Source: Eledone cirrhosa (taxonomy: Eukaryota). Taken from it: a stretch of DNA of 64,000 bases. The translations under genes were made by a program, and so were the position numbers. Positions 25,200 to 39,987 of this stretch are shown here, piece by piece (the first letter of the stretch is position 1; every line of letters starts with the position of its first letter). The DNA lies in contig OZ024740.1 of the NCBI GenBank assembly GCA_964016885.1, forward strand, positions 5,828,001-5,892,000. Reading direction: 5' to 3'. The notes below the pieces were generated by a model. That model searched no databases. It saw only the letters and a list, made by a program, of their open reading frames with translations, and was not told where the DNA came from.

Positions 25200-28100
25200 C
25201 TAGCAGTAAAGCCCGGCGGTGCTCGGGGTCGCTCAGTAGCTGTGTTAAAGTTACAATGTTAAGTTTCTTTCTTGGCTTAAAAACTGTAGTGTCTACTGTG
25301 CAGACTTGCATGTGGTGTTTTTGATTAATATTCCCTCAACCAACAATATGCCTTATGAAGTTAAGAAAACATAACGATAACCCGAATGTTATAACAAAAG
25401 AGGATGCTGGGGATAAAAACTGCACTGGTTATTTATTAACAAAGATCGAAAATGTAAACACTGCAACGCAGAGAAAAACATTAGCGTAAGCAAATTATCA
25501 GTTATGTCTGTCTGCACGCCTATATCACCTCTCTGCACGACTGTCTGTCTGCACGCCTATATCACCTCTCTGCACGACTGTCTGTCTGCACGCCTATATC
25601 ACCTCTCTGCACGACTGTCTGTCTGCACGCCTATATCACCTCTCTGCACGACTATCTGTCTGCACGCGTATATCACCTCTCTGCACGACTGTCTGTCTGC
25701 ACGACTGTCTGTCTGCACGCCTAACGACGAAATATTTGCTTGTTTTACGTAGTCTTTAAATAGACTTGTTTTCAAGTAAAAATATTGTTTTAAAATGCTT
25801 TTAAATGGAAATGAAGCAAAACGCAAGCTTAGTATTCGAACTGATGAATTTTGCAGGTCAATATTTTGCTGACTCGACAACTGTTCGTGTATTGTAATTT
25901 TTTACGTAAGACGCTCAATGTAAACAGAACAAAGGGAAATAACTGATAACTTACGCTCAAAAATCGATACATTATATTCGATTTCGTCACATAGGGTGGG
26001 TCAATTTGAAATATTTTTTTTCCGATGTCTTCGCTAGGGCTCAATGTACAAGTATAGCAATTTCGGTGCAATTCCGTGAGAGATTCTAAGAGGAGATGTG
26101 TGCCAAAAATCGATAGACAGACAGACAACCACAGTTTTATATATATAGATAGACTATCAGTAAAGCCCGGCGTTGCTCGGGGTCGCTCAGTAGCTGTGTT
26201 AAAGTTACAATGTTAAGTTTCTTTCTTGGCTTAAAAACTGTACTGTCTACTGTGCAGACTTGCATGTGGTGTTTTTTATTAATATTCCCCCAACCAACAA
26301 TATGCCTTATGAAGTTAAGAAAACATAATGATAACTCGAATGTTATAACAAAAGAGGATGCTGGGGATAGAAACTGCACTGGTTATTTATTAACAAAGAT
26401 CGAAAATGTAAACACTGCAACGCAGAGAAAAACATTAGCGTAACCAAATTATCAGTTATGTCTGTCTGCACGCCTATATCACCTCTCTGCACGACTGTCT
26501 GTCTGCACGCCTATATCACATCTCTGCACGACTGTCTGTCTGCACGCCTATATCACCTCTCTGCACGACTGTCTGTCTGCATGCCTATATCACCTCTCTG
26601 CACGACTGTCTGTCTGCACGACTGTCTGTCTGCACGCCTAGCGACGAAATATTTGCTTGTTTTACGTAGTCTTTAAGTCTTTAAATAGACTTGTTTTCAA
26701 GTAAAAATATTGTTTTAAAATGCTTTTAAATGGAAATGAAGCAAAACGGAAGCTTAGTGTTCGAACTGATGAATTTTGCAGGTCAATATTTTGCTGGCTC
26801 GACTAATGTCATTTTAAACGCTGAGAAAGCCAGCGTAATTTTTTACGTAAGACGCTCAATGTAAACAGAACAAAGGGAAATAACTGATAACTTACGCTCA
26901 AAAATCTATACATTATATTCGATTTCGTCACATAGGGTGGGTCAATTTGAAATATTTTTTTCCGATGTCTTCGCTAGGGCTCAATGTACAGGTATAGCAA
27001 TTTCGGTGCAATTCCGTGAGAGATTCTAAGAGGAGATGTGTGCCAAAAATCGAAAGACAGACAGACAACCACAGTTTTATATATATAGATTGTATTTTTG
27101 TAGTAAAGGCTTTAGCTTACATAATATCTCACATAATATCTCACATAACATTTACATTAATTTATATACTACTAGCAGTAAAGCCTGGCGTTGCTCGGGG
27201 TCGCTCAGTAGCTGTGTTAAAGTTACAATGTTAAGTTTCTTTTTTGGCTTAAAAACTGTAGTGTCTACTGTGCAGACTTGCATGTGGTGTTTTTTATTAA
27301 TATTCCCTCAACCAACAATATGCCTTATGAAGTTAAGAAAACATAACGATAACCCGAATGTTATAACAAAAGAGGATGCTGGGGATAGAAACTGCACTGG
27401 TTATTTATTAACAAAGATCGAAAATGTAAACACTGCAACGCAGAGAAAAACATTAGCGTAACCAAATTATCAGTTATGTCTGTCTGCACGCCTATATCAC
27501 CTCTCTGCACGACTGTCTGTCTGCACGCCTATATCACCTCTCTGCACGACTGTCTGTCTGCACGCCTATATCACCTCTCTGCACGACTATCTGTCTGCAC
27601 GCGTATATCACCTCTCTGCACGACTGTCTGTCTGCACGACTGTCTGTCTGCACGCCTAACGACTAAATATTTGCTTGTTTTACGTAGTCTTTAAATAGAC
27701 TTGTTTTCAAGTAAAAATATTGTTTTAAAATGCTTTTAAATGGAAATGAAGCAAAACGGAAGCTCAGTATTCGAACTGATGAATTTTGCAGGTCAATATT
27801 TTGCTGACTCGACAACTGTTCGTGTATTGTAATTTTTTACGTAAGACGCTCAATGTAAACAGAACAAAGGGAAATAACTGATAACTTACGCTCAAAAATC
27901 GATACATTATATTCGATTTCGTCACATAGGGTGGGTCAATTTGAAATATTTTTTTCCGATGTCTTCGCTAGGGCTCAATGTACAAGTATAGCAATTTCGG
28001 TGCAATTCCGTGAGAGATTCTAAGAGGAGATGTGTGCCAAAAATCGATAGACAGACAGACAACCACAGTTTTATATATATAGATAGACTAGCAGTAAAGC

Positions 28101-31100
28101 CCGGCGTTGCTCGGGGTCGCTCAATAGCTGTGTTAAAGTTACAATGTTAAGTTTCTTTCTTGGCTTAAAAACTGTAGTGTCTACTGTGCAGACTTGCATG
28201 TGGTGTTTTTGATTAATATTCCCTCAACCAACAATATGCCTTATGAAGTTAAGAAAACATAACGATAACCCGAATGTTATAACAAAAGAGGATGCTGGGG
28301 ATAGAAACTGCACTGGTTATTTATTAACAAAGATCGAAAATGTAAACACTGCAACGCAGAGAAAAACATTAGCGTAACCAAATTATCAGTTATGTCTGTC
28401 TGCACGCCTATATCACCTCTCTGCACGACTGTCTGTCTGCACGCCTATATCACCTCTCTGCACGACTGTCTGTCTGCACGCCTATATCACCTCTCTGCAC
28501 GACTGTCTGTCTGCACGACTGTCTGTCTGCACGCCTAACGACGAAATATTTGCTTGTTTTACGTAGTCTTTAAGTCTTTAAATAGACTTGTTTTCAAGTA
28601 AAAATATTGTTTTAAAATGCTTTTAAATGGAAATGAAGTAAAACGGAAGCGTAGTGTTCGAACTGATGAATTTTGCAGGTCAATATTTTGCTGGCTCGAC
28701 TAATGTCATTTTAAACGCTGAGAAAGCCAGCGTAATTTTTTACGTAAGACGCTCAATGTAAACAGAACAAAGGGAAATAACTGATAACTTACGCTCAAAA
28801 ATCGATACATTATATTCGATTTCGTCACATAGGGTGGGTCAATTTGAAATATTTTTTTCCGATGTCTTCGCTAGGCCTCAATGTACAAGTATAGCAATTT
28901 CGGTGCAATTCCGTGAGAGATTCTAAGAGGAGATGTGTGCCAAAAATCGATAGACAGACGGACAACCACAGTTTTATATATATAGATTGTATTTTTGTAG
29001 TAAAGGCTTTAGCTTACATAATATCTCACATAATATCTCACATAACATTTACATTACTTTATATACTACTAGCAGTAAAGCCCGGCGTTGCTCGGGGTCG
29101 CTCAGTAGCTGTGTTAAAGTTACAATGTTAAGTTTCTTTTTTAGCTTAAAAACTGTAGTGTCTACTGTGCAGACTTACATGTGGTGTTTTTGATTAATAT
29201 TCCCTCAACCAACAATATGCCTTATGAAGTTAAGAAAACATAACGATAACCCGAATGTTATAACAAAAGAGGATGCTGGGGATAAAAACTGCACTGGTTA
29301 TTTATTAACAAAGATCGAAAATGTAAACACTGCAACGCAGAGAAAAACATTAGCGTAACCAAATTATCAGTTATGTCTGTCTGCACGCCTATATCACCTC
29401 TCTGCACGACTGTCTGTCTGCACGCCTGAAATATTTGCTTGTTTTACGTAGTCTTTAAATAGACTTGTTTTCAAGTAAAAATATTGTTTTAAAATGCTTT
29501 TAAATGGAAATGAAGCAAAACGGAACCTTAGTGTTCGAACTGATGAATTTTGCAGGTCAATATTTTGCTGGCTCGACAACTTGTCATTTTAAACGCTGAG
29601 AAAGCCAGCGTAATTTTTTACGTAAGACGCTCAATGTAAACAGAACAAAGGGAAATAACTGATAACTTACGCTCAAAAATCGATACATTATATTCGATTT
29701 CGTCACATAGGGCGGGTCAATTTGAAATATTTTTTTTCCGATGTCTTCGCTAGGGCTCAATGTACAAGTATAGCAATTTCGGTGCAATTCCGTGAGAGAT
29801 TCTAAGAGGAGATGTGTGCCAAAAATCGATAGACAGACAGACAACCACAGTTTTATATATATAGATTGTATTTTTGTAGTAAAGGCTTTAGCTTACATAA
29901 TATCTCACATAATATCGAATCTACGACATTTAGATTACTCTATATATACTATTGTATTTTTGTAGTAAAGGCTTTAACTTACATAATATCTCACATAATA
30001 TCTCACATAACATTTACATTACTTTATATACTACTAGCAGTAAAGCCCGGCGTTGCTCGGGGTCGCTCAGTAGCTGTGTTAAAGTTACAATGTTAAGTTT
30101 CTTTCTTGGCTTAAAAACTGTAGTGTCTACTGTGCAGACTTGCATGTGGTGTTTTTGATTAATATTCCCTCAACCAACAATATGCCTTATGAAGTTAAGA
30201 AAACATAACGATAACCCGAATGTTATAACAAAAGAGGATGCTGGGGATAGAAACTGCACTGGTTATTTATTAACAAAGATCGAAAATGTAAACACTGAAA
30301 CGCAGAGAAAAACATTAGCGTAACCAAATTATCAGTTATGTCTGTCTGCACGCCTATATCACCTCTCTGCACGACTGTCTGTCTACACGCCTATATCACC
30401 TCTCTGCACGACTATCTGTCTGCACGCCTATATCACCTCTCTGCACGACTGTCTGTCTGCACGCCTATATCACCTCTCTGCACGACTGTCTGTCTGCACG
30501 ACTGTCTGTCTGCACGCCTAACGACGAAATATTTGCTTGTTTTACGTAGTCTTTAAATAGACTTGTTTTCAAGTAAAAATATTGTTTTAAAATGTTTTTA
30601 AATTGAAATGAAGCAAAACGGAAGCTTAGTGTTCGAACTGATGAATTTTGCAGGTCAATATTTTGCTGGCTCGACAACTGTCTGTTCGTGTATTGTGTTA
30701 ATGTCATTTTAAACGCTGAGAAAGCCAGCGTAATTTTTTACGTAAGACGCTTAATGTAAACAGAACAAAGGGAAATAACTGATAACTTACGCTCAAAAAT
30801 CGATACATTATATTCGATTTCGTCACATAGGGTGGGTCAATTTGAAATATTCTTTTTCCGATGTCTTCGCTACGGCTCAATGTACAAGTATAGCAATTTC
30901 GGTGCAATTCCGTGAGAGATTCTAAGAGGAGATGTGTGCCAAAAATCGATAGACAGACAGACAACCACAGTTTTATATATATAGATTGTATTTTTGTAGT
31001 AAAGGCTTTATCTTACATAATATCTCACATAATATCTCACATAACATTTACATTACTTTATATACTACTAGCATTAAAGCCCGGCGTTGCTCGGGGTCGC

Positions 31101-33523
31101 TCAGTAGCTGTGTTAAAGTTACAATGTTAAGTTTCTTTCTTGGCTTAAAAACTGTAGTGTCTACTGTGCAGACTTGCATGTGGTGTTTTTGATTAATATT
31201 CCCTCAACCAACAATATGCCTTATGAAGTTAAGAAAACATAACGATAACCCGAATGTTATAACAAAAGAGGATGCTGGGGATAAAAACTGCACTGGTTAT
31301 TTATTAACAAAGATCGAAAATGTAAACACTGCAACGCAGAGAAAAACATTAGCGTAACCAAATTATCAGTTATGTCTGTCTGCACGCCTATATCACCTCT
31401 CTGCACGACTATCTGTCTGCACGCCTATATCACCTCTCTGCACGACTATCTGTCTGCACGCGTATATCACCTCTCTGCACGACTGTCTGTCTGCACGACT
31501 GTCTGTCTGCACGCCTAACGCCGAAATATCTGCTTGTTTTACGTAGTCTTTAAATAGACTTGTTTTCAAGTAAAAATATTGTTTTAAAATGCTTTTAAAT
31601 GGAAATGAAGCAAAACGGAAGCTTAGTATTCGAACTGATGAATTTTGCAGGTCAATATTTTTCTGGCTCGACCACTGTTCGTATTGTAATTTTTTACGTA
31701 AGACGCTCAATGTAAACAGAACAAAGGGAAATAACTGATAACTTACACTCAAAAATCGATACATTATATAGGATTTCGTCACATAGGGTGGGTCAATTTG
31801 AAATATTTTTTTCCGATGTCTTCGCTAGGGCTCAATGTACAAGTATAGCAATTTCGGTGCAATTCCGTGAGAGATTCTAAGAGGAGATGTGTGCCAAAAA
31901 TCGATAGACAGACAGACAACCACAGTTTTATATATATAGATTGTATTTTTGTAGTAAAGGCTTTAGCTTACATAATATCTCACATAATATCTCACATAAC
32001 ATTTACATTACTTTATATACTATTGTATTTTTGTAGTAAAGGCTTTAGCTTACATAATATCTCACATAATATCGAATCTACGACATTTAGATTACTCTAT
32101 ATATACTATTGTATTTTTGTAGTAAAGGCTTTAACTTACATAATATCTCACATAATATCTCACATAACATTTACATTACTTTATATACTATTGTATTTTT
32201 GTAGTAAAGGCTTTATCTTACATAATATCTCACATAATATATCACGTAACATTTACATTACTTTATATACTACTAGCAGTAAAGCCCGGCGTTGCTCGGG
32301 GTCGCTCAGTAGCTGTGTTAAAGTTACAATGTTAAGTTTCTTTCTTGGCTTAAAAACTGTAGTGTCTACTGTGCAGACTTGCATGTGGTGTTTTTGATTA
32401 ATATTCCCTCAACCAACAATATGCCTTATGAAGTTAAGAAAACATAACGATAACCCGAATGTTATAACAAAAGAGGATGCTGGGGATAGAAACTGCACTG
32501 GTTATTTATTAACAAAGATCGAAAATGTAAACACTGCAACGCAGAGAAAAACATTAGTGTAACCAAATTATCAGTTACTAGCAGTAAAGCCCGGCGTTGC
32601 TCGGGGTCGCTCAGTAGCTGTGTTAAAGTTACAATGCTAAGTTTCTTTTTTGGCTTAAAAACTGTAGTGTCTACTGTGCAGACTTGCATGTGGTGTTTTT
32701 GATTAATATTCCCTCAACCAACAATATGCCTTATGAAGTTAAGAAAACATAACGATAACCCGAATGTTATAACAAAAGAGGATGCTGGGGATAGAAACTG
32801 CACTGGTTATTTATTAACAAAGATCGAAAATTTAAACACTGCAACGCAGAGAAAAACATTAGCGTAACCAAATTATCAGTTATGTCTGTCTGCACGCCTA
32901 TATCACCTCTCTGCACGACTGTCTGTCTGCACGCCTATATCACCTCTCTGCACGACTGTCTGTCTGCACGCCTATATCACCTCTCTGCACGACCGTCTGT
33001 CTGCACGCCTATATCACCTCTCTGCACGACTATCTGTCTGCACGCGTATATCACCTCTCTGCACGACTGTCTGTCTGCACGACTGTCTGTCTGCACGCCT
33101 AACGACGAAATATTTGCTTGTTTTACGTAGTCTTTAAATAGACTTGTTTTCAAGTAAAAATATTGTTTTAAAATGCTTTTAAATGGAAATGAAGCAAAAC
33201 GGAAGTTTAGTGTTCGAACTGATGAATTTTGCAGGTCAATATTTTTTAAACGCTGAGAAAGCCAGCGTAATTTTTTACGTAAGACGCTCAATGTAAACAG
33301 AACAAAGGGAAATAACTGATAACTTACGCTCAAAAATCGATACATTATATTCGATTTCGTCACATAGGGTGGGTCAATTTGAAATATTTTTTTTTCCGAT
33401 GTCTTCGCTAGGGCTCAATGTACAAGTATAGCAATTTCGGTGCAATTCCGTGAGAGATTCTAAGAGGAGATGTGTGCCAAAAATCGATAGACAGACAGAC
33501 AACCACAGTTTTATATTTATAGA
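25200..33523 (-). mobile_element. Tandem array of non-autonomous Helitrons (8 full copies of ~0.8-0.95 kb plus 1 partial)
   Basis: Each unit on the minus strand starts TC, ends CTAG (one variant) with a GC hairpin CCCGAGCAACGCCGGG just upstream, and sits between A and T. Copies ~25200-26149, 26154-27089, 27172-28083, 28088-28986, 29069-29865, 30034-30985, 31068-31940, 32273-32577 (partial), 32578-33523. Each has an internal 37-bp minisatellite. Confidence 0.85.
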
Positions 33524-34721
33524 TTGTATTTTTGTAGTAAAGGCTTTAGCTTACATAATATCTCACATAATATCGAATCTACGACATTTTGATATTATTT
33601 ATTTTGAGAAGAATACCTTAACATCAGTATAAGCGGCCAGTTACAGCTGGTTTAAACAGAAAGAGGTCAGATAATTCTTGCCGGATACGGCCGGTTTAAA
33701 TGCTAAAGGGTTAAGGAACATGAAAATCAAATCAAATAGGGAGGAATATGCTGAGGCTGGTGACTCAAAGGAATACTGGTGGAACCTAAAATAAAAACTT
33801 TCACCAAATGAAAGCACAACTGGGCTGATATTGCTGGGACTACAAATACCAACCCTCCTAGAGCAAAGTATAATTTAGCTAGCTATTTAATTCACAAGCT
33901 ACAAATAGCCGCGATATCTGGAACCTTCAAAATTTGTAAAACATTCTTACAATTCAAAGGATTAAGGATTGCTCAAAGGATGACAAAAATGTCCTTTTCT
34001 TTATAACCTTGCCACTGGGAAGTTGGGCAGTCAAAAATAAGTTCAAAATTAAGAGAAAGAGAACATACAAACATACATGTACATACATATGTACATACAT
34101 ATATGCATACATATATATGTACATAGATGCATACATGCATGAATACATACCTGCATATATACACACACACATGCATACGTCATCATCATCATTTTGTGTC
34201 CACTTTTCCCTGCTTGCAAGGGTGGGAAATACATACATAGAAATACATACATATATATATATACAATGTTACCAAACACATTTTTCACATATATATCCAC
34301 AAAGCCGAAAGCCAGCCATAATGTCACTCACATTCACAGATAAATTTTCATTGTTTCCACTTCAATATGAATTATTGCTCTTTCTGTTTATTCATTTCTG
34401 CCACTCGCTGTGTCTGTTTACATATATTTATATATGTATATCTCTTCCTATATATATTTACATATGTATGTATATCTCTTTATATACACATATACATATA
34501 TTTACATATGTATGTATATCTCTTTATATACACATATACATATATTTACATATGTATGTATATCTCTTTATATACACATATACATATATTTACATATGTA
34601 TCTATATCTCTTTATATAAACACATACATATATTCATATATGTATATCTCTTTATATATACATCTGTATATATTTATATATGTACGTATATATATATATA
34701 CACACATATGTATATGTGCAT

Positions 34722-34752
<31 letters not shown>

Positions 34753-34892
34753 TATATGCATAAATACATACACACGTATGCTTCTTTCTTTATATATCTA
34801 CATATATTCCTATATGTAATTATACCTCTACATATATATATATATCTACATATATATTATATGTACATATGCTTCTATGTATATATATCTAT

Positions 34893-35751
34893 ATGGCCAC
34901 AAAGGGTTTCTCTCTAAAAATGAAAAGCAGATTGCATGGTGCTTGTATCCGAACAGCAATGTTACATGGCAGTGAGACCTGGGCATTGTGTGCAGAAGAC
35001 TTGCGTAGATTAGAAAGAAACGAAGCTTGCATGCTCCAATGGATGTGTCATAATAATATACGTGAACAGCAAAGCATATACAAATTGACAAAGAGAGACC
35101 AAGCATAAGAGGTGTCAAATATGTGCAGGAGAGGATATTGCATTGGTATGGACATGTGATGCATATGAAAGATGACAGCTGTATAAAAAAGTGCAGGGAG
35201 ATCAAAATTGATGGAAGCTACAGAGTAGGTAGACCCAGAAAAACCTGGGTTGAGGTAATAAAAACTGACCTTGCTCACTTACACCTCTCTAAGACAATGT
35301 CACTGGATTGAGATCTTTGACGCTCCGCAATAATACGAAGACTTGCCTTCCCTTACATACGAACTTAAACCTACAGTCAGTAGGCACCTCTTAACCCAAC
35401 ATATACCTCACCCCATATCCCCTACTCCATCCTCCCACTCCCACCCACACCACCCTTTCTCTGTAAAGTTATGCTGGTACAACAGAACATCCAGCCCACA
35501 CTAAAGTGGTCGTGTAGGTATCACGACAAAAAGCACCCAGTCCACACTGTAAAGTGGTCATGTAGGAGACACGGTAAAAAGGCTCCCAGTCCCACACTGT
35601 CAACATGGCTGGCGTTAGCAAGGACATCCAGCCTTAGAAAACCTGCCAGAAACAGTTCTAAATGTGCGACACACGGTCACCTGACCAATCTTGCATCAAG
35701 TGGGAGAAACCCGCCCAACCCATGCTCGCGTGGAAGATGGATGATGATGAC
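34893..35751 (+). mobile_element. RTE LINE 3' fragment (decayed)
   Basis: KGFSLKMK..HGSETW..ERNEACM, 3'UTR, GAT tail. Confidence 0.85.
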
Positions 35752-35799
35752 ATGTCCCTATATGTACATATGTCTCTGTGTATATATATCTCTATATGT

Positions 35800-36925
35800 A
35801 TCTGCAAAGTATGTGTGCATAAAAGATGTAGTGGGATCACAGGCAAGCTAACTAAGAACATAGATTTTATATGTGGCCGGTGCTCTGGTGCAATAAGTTG
35901 CAGCAAGTGCCCACAAAATACTAGCTCATTCCATTGCACAGATGGTTCTATAGAAATAGTGGACAGCTTCCGTTACCTGGGTGACAAAATCAGCAGTGGT
36001 GGAGGGTGTTCTGAAAGTACAGTAGTCAGAGTCAGAACAGGATGGAAAAAGTTCAGAGAGCTTATACCACTATTAGCCGCTAAAGGGTTCTCTCTAAAAA
36101 TGAAAGGCAGGCTGTATGATGCCTGCATACGAACAGCAATGTTGCATGGCAGTGAGACCTGGGCATTGTGTGCAGAGGATATACGCAGACTTGAGAGGAA
36201 CGAAGCTTACATGCTCCGCTGGATGTGTAATAGTAATATACGTGAACGGCAAAGCATAAACGAACTAAGGGAAAAATTAGAAATAAGAGGGATCAGATGT
36301 TGTTTACTCGAGAGAAGACTACTTTGGTATGGTCACGTGATGCGCATGAAAGACGACAGCTGTATAAAAAAGTGCAGGACAATAAAGATAGACAGTAGCC
36401 ACGGAATAGGCAGACCCAGAAAAACCTGGGACGACTTGATAAATTCCGACCTCACACACTTACACCTCTCCAAGACAATGTCACTGGATCGAGATCTTTG
36501 GCGCTACACAGTAATACAGAAAACCCGCCTTACCTAAGTACAAAGTAAAACCTACTAGAGTCAGTAGGCACCTCGAACAAAATACACCCCCGTCCCACTA
36601 CCCACACCCCATCCACACCACCCCTTTCAATGTAAAGTTATGTTGGTATCACAACATCCAGTCCGAAATAAATGAGGTCGTGTAGGTGTCACGACAAAAA
36701 AACCAGAGTCCACGCTGTAATGTGGCCGTGTAGGTAACACGGTAAAAACCTCCCAGTTCCACACTGTAAACGTGGTTGGTGTTAGGAAGGGCATCCAGCC
36801 GTAGAAAACCCGCCAGACAGTCCTATGCAAGCAAGACAACCACTCTTGCCTCAAGTGGGAAAACTCCCATCCAAACCCATGCAAGCGTGGAAGATGGACC
36901 TTAAACGATGATGATGATGATGATG
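35800..36925 (+). mobile_element. RTE LINE 3' fragment
   Basis: ORF ending at 36537 (VHKRCSG..YLGDKISSGGG..HGSETW..GRPRKTW), 3'UTR, (GAT)n tail. Confidence 0.9.
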
Positions 36926-37011
36926 TTCCTATAAATGTATATGAGTGTACATACTTCTGCATGTATATCTATCATTATGTATTTCCTTTATCTTCTTTAT
37001 CTTCCAATGGA

Positions 37012-37230
37012 GTCATAGGACTATTGGGTACTTTAAACCTGATAGAGCCCATCATAGGGGTATTGTCGAGACATATAGTGTATGTTGGGTACTTTAAACT
37101 TTGCGGAGCCCATCATAGGGGTATGGTCATATAGTGTATCTTGGGTACTTTAAACCTGATAGAGACCATCATAGGGGTATTGTCCAGGCATATAGTGTAT
37201 CTTGGGTACTTTAAACCTTGCAAAGCCCAA
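37012..37230. repeat. ~60-bp degenerate tandem repeat (3-4 copies)
   Basis: TTGGGTACTTTAAAC and CATCATAGGGGTAT recur. Confidence 0.75.
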
Positions 37231-37339
37231 CCCGCTCCAGGTTTGAACACTCTTTTTATTTCTATAGAGGAACAATCGACCCCAGTATTGGACGGATAAA
37301 AGGCAAAGTTGACCATGGCGGGATTTGAACTCAGAGCAT

Positions 37340-37676
<337 letters not shown>

Positions 37677-38285
37677 GGTGGCTGCCAACTCGTTTTCGAG
37701 TACGGCCACTACTTTATATCCATGTAGGAGAACCCCTACCGATGCGCTGAACGAATGTGACTTTTTATTCCAGCCAGCGACTTGAAAACTCTGGTACAAA
37801 CACTACACTTGTGACAATTATTGACACATAGTGCTGGGCCCATGGTACCCTGTGACGACAAGTGCAGAGATCTCCAGATATAAAGCAATGCCTGTGCCGT
37901 GAAGCTTTTATAGTGAGCAAAGGCACTGCACAAAGCCAGTCCCACTCTCTTAACCAAGATGATATTTACCAAAAAGAAGAACAAGTCAACATCATTGGAT
38001 ACCATCAGGGTTGCAGGTGTTATATCAGAGTTTTCCTTCTCCTAGAATTCTGCCTTGACAAAGGCTAAGGGGTCATCTCTCCCGGTGATTTTGGATGGCC
38101 ATTGACTCTTAAGAGCTCCTTTGCCCTTTGACAGGTTTTGTTTTTAGTCCTGCAGGATGTCCAAAGTCACCCTCCTCACCAAGAAACCTTGGTGGGGTTG
38201 CCAGTTTAGTCGCCAACGACCCGACCATGAGACAGGTTGTACTGGGATACATGTTACCAGTAGCACCAACTGGTGACCTGACATA
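37677..38285 (-). mobile_element. Internally deleted non-LTR (RTE-type) element ending in a C2H2 finger
   Basis: [22 protein letters not shown] then stop, as at the C-terminus of many RTE ORFs; no RT remains. Confidence 0.45.
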
Positions 38286-38287
38286 GA

Positions 38288-38777
<490 letters not shown>

Positions 38778-38796
38778 TACTCATACTCATATATCT

Positions 38797-38837
<41 letters not shown>

Positions 38838-38840
<3 letters not shown>

Positions 38841-39953
38841 ATACTCCACTGCACCTAACATAGAACAACTAATTAGAAAACTCAACTCAGCAATACTGAA
38901 TAAGTACATCCCTAATGACTCAGCGCACCAGCATAGCAACATGCAACGCACTAACACGCAACCACAACCCCACCAAACTATCCCGGATTCTACTGCAAAA
39001 CATAAAAATAGTTGTAACTGCACCAAACCAGGTACGTGCCCACTGAATAACCAGTGCCTAGCACGCAATATTGTCTAGCGGTGTACAATAAATTCCGGGA
39101 CCAACAAATGGTATTACGTAGGATGTACCGCAACTTCTTTCAAGGCTCGCCTATACCAACATCGATCTTCGATCAGGCACGAGAAAATGCGCTCCGTAAC
39201 AACTCTCGCCGATAAAGCCTGGCAGCTTCGGAGGAACAATCAAGCGTTCTCCCTTGATTGGCAAATTATTGCAGCTGCGCCTGCATATCAGCAAAATCAT
39301 CGATTCTGCAAGTTATGCAATTTAGAGATATACTGCATTTTAACGTCGGTAAACAAACTTTTGAACAGCAAAATTGAACGTTCTCTATATTGTAACCATC
39401 GTTTGAAAACGACTTTTTCTTTTTTTAAATGCATATAATGTTACCCTTTTACACCAACGTTTGCAAATTTCTGTCTTATACATTTATACACTAGATATGG
39501 CTTTCTATAATAATAGTTCTAAACACTGTTTTTCTGGACCCCTTTAGAAATAACCTGCTACTATAATAGCCCTAATAACTTGTCTGTGACACTGTACTAC
39601 TTTGACCCCTCTAACTAAATTTTGTCCGAACAACACCACTAGAAGAATTTACTTCCTAGCCAACCTATGCACGCCTCATTAAGCTAACTGCTGCCAAAAC
39701 ATTCTCTCTTCACAATCTCTACTAGTCTGACAGTCTTAAACCCTAAGACTCCCTCCACCTTACTCACTTCCCTCTACCCCTTCTCCTCCTACCTCCTTCT
39801 TTATCTTTTATCTAGTGTATAAACTATTTCCGTCGAAACGGCTTGAGCTCAGCCGTCGGGGTCTTACTTGTTCCTATTACCCACTCTACTACCCTAAGTA
39901 TTGAGTACTTTGGTGCGTTATGGTCCACCAGGTTCCTTACCACATTTCCTTCG

Positions 39954-39955
<2 letters not shown>
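38838..39955 (+). mobile_element. Penelope-like element 3' fragment (GIY-YIG endonuclease pseudogene plus pLTR)
   Basis: CNCTKPGTCPLNNQCLARNIV*RC..YYVGCT..SFKARLYQH..CKLCNLE..LLNSK; ends in the pLTR family sequence. Confidence 0.8.

Positions 39956-39984
<29 letters not shown>

Positions 39985-39987
<3 letters not shown>

Larger units (their letters stand above)
23939..33710 (+). mobile_element. piggyBac-type MITE (TTAA TSD) internally expanded by a satellite and a Helitron array
   Basis: TTAA|CCCTTTAACATTTA ... TAAATGCTAAAGGG|TTAA; compact relative at 42781-43004. Confidence 0.8.

Noticed and set aside
25842-25870. CTGATGA in each Helitron copy as a hammerhead core
   Set aside because: No stem II, GAAA or stem III follows.
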